A stretch of 20,000 nt of DNA from Candidatus Limnocylindrales bacterium (GTDB lineage: Bacteria; Moduliflexota; Moduliflexia; Moduliflexales; JAUQPW01). Both the position numbers and the translations under genes were made by a program. Below, piece after piece: positions 7,208-16,773 of the stretch (positions within the stretch are counted from its first letter, which is position 1; each line of letters starts with the position of its first letter). Where the stretch lies: positions 112,475-132,474 of the forward strand of contig DATMBG010000037.1 in NCBI GenBank assembly GCA_035559535.1, written 5' to 3'. The notes under the pieces were generated by a model that ran no database searches, was not told where the DNA came from, and worked only from the letters and a program-made list of their open reading frames with translations.

Positions 7208-8272
7208 ATGAAATCCGGCCTGAGAAGATTCCTGATCCGAGTGGGTCGGAACTGGGCCTTGTTCTTTCTCATTTTGATGCTAACTTACTTTAGCATCTTT
7301 GGGCTTGGGTTCTTCAGCCTTAAAAACTATCAAAACATTCTCGTTGCCTCTACGACCACCCTTATGCTGGCAGCCGGGGAAACCTTCGTTATCATTACCG
7401 GAGGAATTGATCTCTCTGTAGGTTACGTCATGGGAGCCGCAACGGTTATCGCTGCCCTTGTCATGAGAGATCTTTACAATTCCGGGGTTTCAGAATCCTT
7501 GAGTATCCTCCTGGGATGCCTGGCCGGGCTTTTTTCGGGGATAATTCCGGGATTTATCAACGGATTTCTCATCGCCAGGTTAAAAGTCCCCCCTTTTATT
7601 GCAACTCTGGGTATGTTTGGCGTAGCCCATGGGGCCGGGCTTATCCTGTCTGGTGGTTTTCCGGTTGTTAACCTGCCTCCTTCCCTGGGTTTTATTGGAA
7701 ACGGTTATATTTTCTATTATCTGCCGGAAAAAGGGTTCTCTTTTCTTCAACGTCCGGAGATGGAAAGAACCGAAGTCCGAAATCTCGTTGGAATTATTCC
7801 TATCCCTGCCGTTATAGCAGCCATTGTCTTGATTATTTTTGGTTTTATATTGGCCCAGACCCGATTTGGTCAGCATACCTATGCCATTGGGGGAAATGTA
7901 GACGCGGCTCTAAGGGCCGGTATTCCGGTTTCCCGACACCTGATGATTATCTATATTATCTCGTCCATGTTTGCAGCACTGGGAGGGGTTCTGTACGTGC
8001 TTCGCTTTACTACCGGAAGTTCCCTGGCCGGAGAAGCCAGGATGCTGGATTCTATCGCAGCGGTTGTTATAGGAGGTGCCAGTCTGTTCGGAGGTACCGG
8101 TAATCTCAAGGGAACGGTGATTGGAACCTTGATCATCGCCACTTTAGAAACCGGATTGGTTATTTTGGGCGTTCAACCCTTTTATCAATTCTTTGCCGTG
8201 GGTATCATTATTATTATCGCCGTCCTCATCGATCAGTTCTTTCCCGAAATGATCTATGAAGATGAATCCTGA
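7208..8272 (+). CDS. Sugar ABC transporter permease (RbsC-like)
   Basis: GETFVIITGGIDLSVG, VPPFIATLG, TRFGQHTYAIGGN.DAALRAGI, LDSIAAVVIGGASLFGG.G; multiple TM segments. Start is either ATG 7208 or TTG 7181 (the latter lies in the stem). Confidence 0.93.
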   Translation: MKSGLRRFLIRVGRNWALFFLILMLTYFSIFGLGFFSLKNYQNILVASTTTLMLAAGETFVIITGGIDLSVGYVMGAATVIAALVMRDLYNSGVSESLSILLGCLAGLFSGIIPGFINGFLIARLKVPPFIATLGMFGVAHGAGLILSGGFPVVNLPPSLGFIGNGYIFYYLPEKGFSFLQRPEMERTEVRNLVGIIPIPAVIAAIVLIIFGFILAQTRFGQHTYAIGGNVDAALRAGIPVSRHLMIIYIISSMFAALGGVLYVLRFTTGSSLAGEARMLDSIAAVVIGGASLFGGTGNLKGTVIGTLIIATLETGLVILGVQPFYQFFAVGIIIIIAVLIDQFFPEMIYEDES

Positions 8273-8312
8273 CCCCTTAGAAACAGAAGGTCAGAATTCT
8301 AAAATCGGCGTA

Positions 8313-8420
8313 ATGAAGAAAGTAGGGGAGTATGGGGGTAAGGGAGTATGGGGGTATGGAGGGGTGGGTGTGTAAGAGAATTTACCCCCATACTCCCCTA
8401 CTCCCACACCTCCTCTTCAT
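8313..8420. repeat. Octamer-repeat palindrome (GGGAGTAT family)
   Basis: Perfect 21-bp inverted repeat AGTAGGGGAGTATGGGGGTAA (8321-8341) / TTACCCCCATACTCCCCTACT (8382-8402); 8-nt periodic units; outer ATGAAGA/TCTTCAT. Confidence 0.85.
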
Positions 8421-8515
8421 GGATGAGGATTTAAAAACTGCAAAAGTATCATTAAAACCGAAACTTTTAACTGAACAGGACGTCTTAAAAATAAGAATAG
8501 AGAGGAGATAAAAAT

Positions 8516-9271
8516 TTGGAATCGTCTACGCCTATTTTAGAAGTTATCAATTTAACCAAACGATTCGGTGGATTGGTGGCCGTAGATCGGGTCCATATGC
8601 AGGTCTTTCCAGGTGAAGTGGTGGGATTGCTGGGAGATAACGGAGCCGGTAAGTCCACTCTTATTAAAATGATCTCTGGAGTTTATCAGCCCGATGAAGG
8701 ACAAATTCTCTTCCAGGGAAAGGAACTCAAACTCTCAAACCCCATGGAGGCCTTGAAACTGGGTATTGAAACCATCTATCAAGATCTGGCTCTGGCAGAG
8801 AATCTAAATGTCTACGCTAATATTTTTTTGGGGCGAGAGAAAGTCAAAAAAGTTTTGGGTTTTATTAACGTATTGGATAGAAATTATATGTTAGAGGAAT
8901 CCAGACGAGTCTTAAAGCGGTTAGATATCGAGATTCCTTCGCTACGGAACAAAATTCAGAAGCTTTCCGGTGGTCAACGACAGGCCGTTGCGATCTCCCG
9001 GTCGATTTATTGGAATGCAAAATTTTTAATCATGGATGAACCTACGGCTGCCCTGGGAGTTGCCGAACAACAGAAGGTTCTGGCCCTTGTTCGAACCCTA
9101 AAGGCTCAAGGAGTTCCGGTGATTATTATCAGTCATCAACTCCACGATGTCTTTTCCGTAGCAGATCGGTTAATTGTGATGCGTAGGGGAAGGAAAGTGG
9201 GCGAGCGCTTAACCCGGGAAACGACACCCGATGAAATCGTTGGGCTCATTGTCGGTTCAATCCGGGAATAA
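8516..9271 (+). CDS. Sugar ABC transporter ATP-binding protein (single nucleotide-binding domain)
   Basis: Walker A GDNGAGKST, IYQDLAL, LSGGQRQ signature, IMDEPTAAL, IISH; TTG start preceded by GAGGAG. Confidence 0.95.
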   Translation: MESSTPILEVINLTKRFGGLVAVDRVHMQVFPGEVVGLLGDNGAGKSTLIKMISGVYQPDEGQILFQGKELKLSNPMEALKLGIETIYQDLALAENLNVYANIFLGREKVKKVLGFINVLDRNYMLEESRRVLKRLDIEIPSLRNKIQKLSGGQRQAVAISRSIYWNAKFLIMDEPTAALGVAEQQKVLALVRTLKAQGVPVIIISHQLHDVFSVADRLIVMRRGRKVGERLTRETTPDEIVGLIVGSIRE

Positions 9272-9294
9272 CAAGATAAAAAGGAGGCCGTACC

Positions 9295-9693
9295 ATGGCT
9301 AGTTATAAAAATAAAGGGTTATGGATTTATCTGGGAATTATCTTTTTAGTCGGTCCTGTTTTTCTTGCCGGCTGCCACGATGAGGATAATGGGCCTACAA
9401 GTGTCGTTGTATTAGATACTACCCAGCAATTGGCCCCGGGGGGTTGCGCTTCTCCCCTCTTTAATGGAGAGGCCGGGGTTCCTGTAAAGGTTGAGGCTAC
9501 GGGACCTTCCAATGAAAATCCAGACTTAACCATATTCGATCCTAATAATAATCAAGTTGCTACGGCGACCAATTCAACCCTTGGATCGGAAACTCTGGGC
9601 TTTACACCCAGTATCACGGGGGGTTATACTGTCAGAGTCTGTGATGCGAATAATGTCGGCGGTGCAATCCGGATTGTGGTAACCCAGAGGTAA
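9295..9693 (+). CDS. Lipoprotein with a small beta-rich (PPC-like) domain
   Basis: SD AAGGAGG; basic N-terminus, hydrophobic stretch and lipobox LAGC; NPDLTIFDPNNNQVAT...SETLGFT...GGYTVRV resembles pre-peptidase C-terminal domains. Confidence 0.75.
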   Translation: MASYKNKGLWIYLGIIFLVGPVFLAGCHDEDNGPTSVVVLDTTQQLAPGGCASPLFNGEAGVPVKVEATGPSNENPDLTIFDPNNNQVATATNSTLGSETLGFTPSITGGYTVRVCDANNVGGAIRIVVTQR

Positions 9694-9976
9694 TCCTTTG
9701 CCCATCTTTATTCTGTTCAACTCTTACCATTCCTTATGGGGGCGCCTGAAATATGCCCCTGCCTCCTTTATTTCTATCCCTTTTAAAATCCCTAAAGGAC
9801 TCATTTTTACCCCTTGAAGGGTCTTCCTTAACCTCTTTCTTCGCTTCTTCTGCCTCCTGGACTTGAAATAATCCTACCAAAGGATAAACCCAAGAAAACT
9901 TGTAGAATTCGGATCTACCGGCTTGTCCTTGTCTTTGGTTACTTTATTGGAATTTGGGCTTATTAAAATCTTATTT

Positions 9977-9991
9977 TGGCATAAAAAATGA
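9977..9991 (+). promoter_or_regulatory. Possible sigma54-type promoter of the PRC-barrel cluster
   Basis: TGGCATAAAAAATGA: good -24 box, GA instead of GC at -12; IHF-like TATTAAAATCTTA at 9961-9973; dyad GTAGA-N7-TCTAC at 9902-9918. Confidence 0.3.
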
Positions 9992-10035
9992 ATAATTAAG
10001 AAAATAATAACTAAAAAATAAAAAAGGAGGAAAGT

Positions 10036-10224
10036 ATGGCTGAGATACATATTCAGAGAAAACGATCCGGTGGTTGGCTTTGGTTTCTGCTGATCCTGGT
10101 ACTCATGGTTCTGGCTATTATCTTTTTTTCATGGCGTCGTACTCCAGCTCAAGGAATAAATACCCTATTTACCGGCCAATCCACTTCAGTAATTACAATC
10201 TATCCGGTCATTATACCTCATTGA
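10036..10224 (+). CDS. Small single-pass membrane protein
   Basis: Strong SD AAAGGAGG; MAEIHIQRKR followed by a WLWFLLILVLMVLAIIFF TM helix. Confidence 0.75.
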   Translation: MAEIHIQRKRSGGWLWFLLILVLMVLAIIFFSWRRTPAQGINTLFTGQSTSVITIYPVIIPH

Positions 10225-10279
10225 ATAGGCTCTTTAGGGTAGCCTGAAGGAGGATTTCAGCAAACAGGAGGTAAGAACT

Positions 10280-11101
10280 ATGGCTTTAGCTGAATTATCA
10301 AAATTGGATGATTTTGAGGTAGCCGATGAAAGCGTCGATATTCGAGGATTTCCGGTTTATAATAAAATGGGAGATTATCTCGGCGATATTGACGAGCTTC
10401 TGGTGGATCCAGTCGCCATGAAGGTTCGGTATGTCATCATCGATGCGGGGACCTGGTTGGAAAGTAAAAAGTTCATCGTACCTGTAGGAATGATTGAGAT
10501 TGATGATGCTTCTAACCGGGTGTATCTGGGTACGCTGACCCGGGAAACCATTCATCGACTACCCGTTTATGATGAGTCCCGATGGACGGATCCCGACTAT
10601 GAACGGGAGTTATTGGGTATTTACTACCCAAACAGAGCAGGAAGTTTTGACCAATTTACTTACGAAACCGATGAAGCGTTCCGGTATCCCAGGCGGTTTG
10701 AAACCCACGAAACGCCTTTTCGACGAAGGGATATCTATCGCCCAGGTGAATCCACATGGGGTTGGTTAGACACCTGTAGGATAAATAATCATCAGTGGGA
10801 TCTTAAAGGGTATGAAGTTTATGGAAAAAATAACGAGTATCTGGGAGTTGTAACCCGTTATTGTGGCTATAAGGATACCCAACAAACAGAGTATCTGGTT
10901 GTAGATACCGGTGGATGGCTCATCAGCGAAAAATTTCTGGTTCCGGTTAACCGGATTCGGATTGATCCCACAGCAAGAAAAATTTACATCGATAACCTGA
11001 CCCGGGCTCAGGTAGAAACTTTACCCAGGTATGATGAAAGTAGGCTCTTCACGCCAGAGTATGAAAACGAATGGCGTAAAGCCTATCAGTATATCGTATA
11101 G
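10280..11101 (+). CDS. Tandem PRC-barrel domain protein
   Basis: Two homologous halves: DIRGFPVYNKMGDYLGDIDELLVD...RYVIIDAGTWLESKKFIVPVG...LPVYDES and DLKGYEVYGKNNEYLGVV...EYLVVDTGGWLISEKFLVPVN...LPRYDES; SD AGGAGG. Confidence 0.88.
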   Translation: MALAELSKLDDFEVADESVDIRGFPVYNKMGDYLGDIDELLVDPVAMKVRYVIIDAGTWLESKKFIVPVGMIEIDDASNRVYLGTLTRETIHRLPVYDESRWTDPDYERELLGIYYPNRAGSFDQFTYETDEAFRYPRRFETHETPFRRRDIYRPGESTWGWLDTCRINNHQWDLKGYEVYGKNNEYLGVVTRYCGYKDTQQTEYLVVDTGGWLISEKFLVPVNRIRIDPTARKIYIDNLTRAQVETLPRYDESRLFTPEYENEWRKAYQYIV

Positions 11102-11118
11102 AACCAGGAGGTAGAAAG

Positions 11119-11373
11119 ATGGCCGAGAAAACTCGAAAAGATCAAACTCAGGAAGATAAACAAAAAACCCAAAAGGACTCCCAGGCACCTAATCCTATTC
11201 AAGTCCAAAAATATCTAAGCGGAATTGACTACCCTACCGATAAGCAGGGTTTACTGGAAGCGGCAAGAAGAAATGGAGCCGATGAAAAGGTCTTGAATAT
11301 TCTCAATGAACTTCCAGAGAAAAGCTACGCCAGCCCCAAGGAGGTATCCCACGAGATAGGACAGGTCGAGTAA
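11119..11373 (+). CDS. DUF2795 family protein
   Basis: NPIQVQKYLSGIDYPTDKQGLLEAARRNGADEKVLNILNELPEKSYASPKEVSHEIG pattern; SD AGGAGG. Confidence 0.85.
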   Translation: MAEKTRKDQTQEDKQKTQKDSQAPNPIQVQKYLSGIDYPTDKQGLLEAARRNGADEKVLNILNELPEKSYASPKEVSHEIGQVE

Positions 11374-11473
11374 ATCCCAGGTTGAATCTATCAGGTTTCA
11401 GGTAGTAGAAAAAATACAGATCGGTATCCAACTTAATTTTAAATAAACCCTCCCCGGTAAGGAGTAGCTGCTT

Positions 11474-11620
11474 ATGTTGTGGACGATTCTGTTGATTCTT
11501 TTGGTGCTTTGGGCTCTTGGTTTTGGCTTTAGTATAGGAGGTAATCTCATTCACTTGTTATTGATTGTTGGGCTTGTTGTGCTGATTGCCCAGTTGATAC
11601 GGGGACGGAGAGGAGTCTGA
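11474..11620 (+). CDS. lmo0937/DUF5670-like small membrane protein (48 aa, not in ORF track)
   Basis: Manual translation MLWTILLILLVLWALGFGFSIGGNLIHLLLIVGLVVLIAQLIRGRRGV*; SD AAGGAG 9 nt upstream; GG.LIHLLL motif. Confidence 0.88.
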   Translation: MLWTILLILLVLWALGFGFSIGGNLIHLLLIVGLVVLIAQLIRGRRGV

Positions 11621-11765
11621 GACCCTTCAGAGAACTATCCAGACCAGTCTGACCGGTTTTCAGAAGCTCTGGTGGGGTGACCTGCTAAGAAATATCTTGC
11701 CAATAGGAAGTTTTTGGAGCAAGAAGTATCTTAAAAAGATTTTAGTCGGCTGTTTATAAAAGTAG

Positions 11766-12022
11766 CCTGTCCTTCCGTAGGGGGCCCGTTCTGTTTCTGA
11801 CTTGAGGTTGTACCGGTTGCATCCCGTTCGTCCTGGGCAGGTGAAAGGGTTCAGGACGAACGGGAAAGGATTTCCTTCGCTGAACTTTTAAAACAGAAAG
11901 GATAGGAGAGGTTCCTTCAGTAGGGGGAACAGACGAGGAAGGGGCCTAAAACCCATTTGTCGATGGAGCAGTTCTGAAGGAGTACTTCGGGTCTGAGCAA
12001 CTCCGTAAGGTTTTTTGCTTTT
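11766..12022. ncRNA. Candidate structured non-coding RNA between convergent genes
   Basis: Perfect 14-bp stem TCCCGTTCGTCCTG/CAGGACGAACGGGA (11822-11835/11852-11865); concentric stems 11789-11796/11891-11898 and 11766-11773/11899-11906; repeated TCCTTC(C/A)GTAGGGGG; T-rich tract at about 12011-12023. Confidence 0.35.
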
Positions 12023-12056
12023 TCTCCCTTTGTATTTCCCTGGCTTTAAAACTTCA

Positions 12057-12575
12057 CTAAAACACGGCTACCCGGGTGGCCTGGGGTCCTTCTCTACCCT
12101 CTTCAAGATCAAACTCTACCGGAATCCCCACTTCAAGGTTTTCAAAAGAGACGCCTCGAACAGAATTTTTATGGAAATAAACTTCTGTTCCTTCCTCTGT
12201 AAGAATAAAGCCATATCCTTTATCCTTAAAAATTTGGCTGATGGATCCTCTAGGTTGAGTAGACGGCGGCTTGATGGCATGAATCTGTTTTTCCTTGATA
12301 TAGTCTTTAAGTTCCCTTTCGATGGTATCGAAGGCCTTAAAGAGTGCGTTCTCTAGCGTATCATCGGTCTTGTTCGCGACCAGGGTATTACCCGGAACCA
12401 GCAGCACAATACGTACACAATCATTCCCCTTCTGATGGTGGGGATCTTTTTCTAGCGTAATGCGGATATGAATGAGATCGATATCGTATTTAGTAAGTTT
12501 GGAGAGTCTTTCTTCAATTAAAGCCCTTCGTGCCGGGGTTACCTCATCATGGAGTCCTTCAATCTGAATGTTCAT
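12057..12575 (-). CDS. HPF/RaiA (S30AE) ribosome-associated domain fused to a cold-shock domain
   Basis: N-terminal MNIQIEG...HIRITLEKDPHHQKGN...LENALFKAFDTIERELK; C-terminal KGYGFILTEEGTEVYFHKNSV...EEGREGPQATRV (RNP1/RNP2). ATG 12575 follows AAGGAGG. Confidence 0.88.
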   Translation of the reverse strand: MNIQIEGLHDEVTPARRALIEERLSKLTKYDIDLIHIRITLEKDPHHQKGNDCVRIVLLVPGNTLVANKTDDTLENALFKAFDTIERELKDYIKEKQIHAIKPPSTQPRGSISQIFKDKGYGFILTEEGTEVYFHKNSVRGVSFENLEVGIPVEFDLEEGREGPQATRVAVF

Positions 12576-12758
12576 ATCAAGCCTCCTTCCCAAAGAAGTG
12601 GATGCAAAAAGACGTTCCGATTTTAATTTAATACAAATCCTGCATAGTTTGTTCCAACTAAATAGGTTTTGAGAGTTTTTCTGTTTAAATTTCTCGCGTA
12701 GAATCCTGCCTTCAGAAGGATAAGCGACGAAAAGAGAGCTACCTGAAGGATATGCCGG

Positions 12759-14459
12759 TTATTCCAAATTTTCTGCCTGCAAATAATCAAAATCACAGCC
12801 TTCGTCGGCCTGGAGAACGTGTTCCAGGTACATCTTCACATAACCCCGTTTATAGGGGGATAGGGGCGGTTTCCAGGCGGCCAGACGACGTTGGATTTCT
12901 TCATCGGGTACCAGTAAGTTAAGTTTTCGATTGGGAACATCCAGTTCAATGAGATCTCCGGTTTGTACAATGGCTAAGGGACCTCCTGCGGCAGACTCGG
13001 GGGTTACGTGGAGCACAATGGTTCCATAGCTGGTTCCGCTCATACGAGCATCGCTAATTCGGACCATATCCTCGATTCCTCGCTTTAACAATTTAGCCGG
13101 AACCGGTAATCTTCCCCACTCCGGCATACCCGGTGCTCCTTTGGGTCCTGCATTTCTTAAAACCAGTACGGTATTTTCATCTACCTCCAGATCAGGATCA
13201 TCAATCCGTTCATACATTTCTTTATTACTTTCAAAAACAAGGGCACGTCCTCGATGCTGAAGTAATCTGGGTGATGCGGCAGTTTGTTTAATCACTGCCC
13301 CCCTGGGGGCCAGGTTTCCATAGAGGATAGCCGTTCCTCCCTCTTTATAGAGGGGTTCTTTCATCGTTCGAATGACATCGGGGTTATAGCATTGGGCATT
13401 CCGGATATTTTCTCCCAGGGTTTTACCGGTACAGGTCAGGGTATCCAGGTGCAGGAGGGGAGAAATTTCTTTCATGACGGCCTGAACTCCGCCCGCATAG
13501 AAGAAATCTTCCATCAGATATTTCCCGGAGGGGCGTACATTGGTGATAAACGGGGTAGTTCGGGAGAATTCATCAAAGAGAGACAGAGGGAGACGAATGC
13601 CCAGTCGTCCGGCAATGGCCGTGAGGTGAATGATGGCATTGGTAGAACCGCCCAAAGCCATCAGAACCCGAATGGCATTTTCGAAGGCTTTACGGGTCAT
13701 AATTTGCGAGGGCTTCAGATCTTCGTAAACCATTTCGACGATTCGGCGTCCGCTGGCTTCAGCTGTGGCATAGCGGCGGGAATCGGGGGCCGGAATGTTT
13801 GCCGTCCCCGGTAAGGTCATTCCAAGAACTTCGGCGAGACTGGTCATCGTCGAAGCGGTCCCCATAACTGTACAATGACCGGCGCTACGCGAAATGCTAC
13901 CTTCAATCTCGGCCCATTCTTCATCGGTGAGTTTTCCGGCTCGTTTCTTATCCCAGTGTCGTCGCACATCGGTTCCGGAGCCCAGTTCTTGTTGTCCCCA
14001 CATCCCTCGCAACATAGGTCCTCCGGTTACCATAATAGTTGGGATATTGGCGCTGGCGGCACCCATTAACTGGGCTGGAACCGTTTTATCACACCCTCCC
14101 AACAAAACTACTCCATCGATGGGACTGGCCGTAATCATTTCTTCTACATCCATGGCCATCAAATTACGGTAAAGCATGGTCGTTGGTTTCATGAAGGGTT
14201 CCCCTAAAGAAATCGTCGGAAACTCCAGGGGGAAGCCGCCGGCCTGCCATACCCCTCGTTTAACCGCTTCGGCAACGAATTTTAGATGCAGGTTGCAATT
14301 GTTCAACTCACTGGCGGAGTTACAAATTCCAATGATGGGTTTATTTTGAAAAACCTGTTCATGAAAGCCTTCTGCCCGCAGCCAGGCACGATGAAAAAGA
14401 CCCGCCTCATCGGAGGGTCCAAACCATTCTCGACTCCTTAATTGCTTCGATGGACGCAT
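12759..14459 (-). CDS. IlvD/Edd-family dehydratase, L-arabinonate/sugar-acid dehydratase-like
   Basis: NNCNLHL, LGGCDKTVPAQLMGAASAN, GHCTVMGTASTM, GGSTNAIIHL, GPKGAPGMPEWG, ISDARMSGTSYG; SD AAGGAGG. KPTTMLYRNL and MPEWG patterns fit the sugar-acid subgroup better than canonical IlvD. Confidence 0.9.
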   Translation of the reverse strand: MRPSKQLRSREWFGPSDEAGLFHRAWLRAEGFHEQVFQNKPIIGICNSASELNNCNLHLKFVAEAVKRGVWQAGGFPLEFPTISLGEPFMKPTTMLYRNLMAMDVEEMITASPIDGVVLLGGCDKTVPAQLMGAASANIPTIMVTGGPMLRGMWGQQELGSGTDVRRHWDKKRAGKLTDEEWAEIEGSISRSAGHCTVMGTASTMTSLAEVLGMTLPGTANIPAPDSRRYATAEASGRRIVEMVYEDLKPSQIMTRKAFENAIRVLMALGGSTNAIIHLTAIAGRLGIRLPLSLFDEFSRTTPFITNVRPSGKYLMEDFFYAGGVQAVMKEISPLLHLDTLTCTGKTLGENIRNAQCYNPDVIRTMKEPLYKEGGTAILYGNLAPRGAVIKQTAASPRLLQHRGRALVFESNKEMYERIDDPDLEVDENTVLVLRNAGPKGAPGMPEWGRLPVPAKLLKRGIEDMVRISDARMSGTSYGTIVLHVTPESAAGGPLAIVQTGDLIELDVPNRKLNLLVPDEEIQRRLAAWKPPLSPYKRGYVKMYLEHVLQADEGCDFDYLQAENLE

Positions 14460-14607
14460 AGATCCTCCTTCTCACAAGATAGAGGGTTATTTCTATTCTT
14501 TGAAAGATAAGTGGGAAAGCTAAAAATGGTAAACAAAGATTAGTAAAACATGGGGATCTGTTAGATATTGAGCACCCTCAGCCGGGAACCCAGTTTTTAA
14601 ATCAAGG

Positions 14608-14638
14608 GGCTTCCAAGATTTCTGGACTCCTGGAAGCC
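14608..14638 (-). terminator. Possible hairpin terminator downstream of atpC
   Basis: GGCTTCCA (14608-14615) / TGGAAGCC (14631-14638); only a weak U-tract on the minus strand. Confidence 0.3.
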
Positions 14639-14769
14639 TTCCTAGGAATCCTAGGCAGGCAGGTATAGGTTACTTTTGGGATCCTGAGTACCGGGTACCC
14701 CTTCCCATAGCTGCCATTTTAGGGTTTATAACTTCTTATTGCCAGTTCAATGGGATGGGTCAGGCAGGT

Positions 14770-15180
14770 TTAGGTTTTTTTAACCTTCTTGGCTACCTCC
14801 AACCGTACTTCTGCCTGCCGCATTTCGGCCAAGGCGGTTTCCAGGTCATAATCGGTCTTCCGTAGATTCTCTTCGGCCCTTGCCCGGGCCATTTGAGCCC
14901 GGTTGACATCGATTTCGTCGGCAGTTTCGGCAGTATCCACCAGAATGGTTACTTTGTCCGGTCCCACTTCTGCAAATCCAGGACCTACAGCTAAGAAATA
15001 ATCCACATTCCCCTTTCGGTACCACAATTCCCCAAATCGAAGTGTGGTCAGGAAAGGAGTATGCCCCGGAAGCACGCCAAATTCTCCTTCAGATCCAGGC
15101 GCTGTCATTTCATTAACCTGTTCACTGACCACAACCCTTTGCGGGGTCACCACATCTAATTGAAAGGTTTCCTCGGCCAT
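14770..15180 (-). CDS. atpC: F1Fo ATP synthase epsilon subunit
   Basis: LDVVTP, PGSEGEFGVLPGHTPFLT, GFAEV, EIDVNRA; last gene of the atp operon. Confidence 0.96.
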   Translation of the reverse strand: MAEETFQLDVVTPQRVVVSEQVNEMTAPGSEGEFGVLPGHTPFLTTLRFGELWYRKGNVDYFLAVGPGFAEVGPDKVTILVDTAETADEIDVNRAQMARARAEENLRKTDYDLETALAEMRQAEVRLEVAKKVKKT

Positions 15181-15183
15181 AGA

Positions 15184-15242
15184 TAAGGACTGGAGACAGG
15201 AGGCAAGAGAGCCATCTTACAAGCCTTCAGGCTCCGGTCTTA
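15184..15242. repeat. Heptamer-type imperfect palindrome at the atpD/atpC junction
   Basis: TAAGGACTGGAG (15184-15195) / CTCCGGTCTTA (15232-15242); periodic CTGGAGA CAGGAGG CAAGAGA units. Confidence 0.6.
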
Positions 15243-15253
15243 AACTTCCTGGT

Positions 15254-16756
<1,503 letters not shown>

Positions 16757-16773
16757 TCACTCATCACTTTTTC

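Noticed and set aside
11303-11554. 83-aa minus-strand ORF
   Set aside because: Antisense to the better-supported lmo0937-like and DUF2795 genes; its K/Q/N-rich composition mirrors hydrophobic codons on the + strand.
11820-11950. RNase P, SRP or group II intron identity for the structured region
   Set aside because: No GAGGAAAGTCC P4 motif, no SRP CAGG..GGAA..AGCAG helix-8 motif, no domain V AGC/CGC hairpin recognised.
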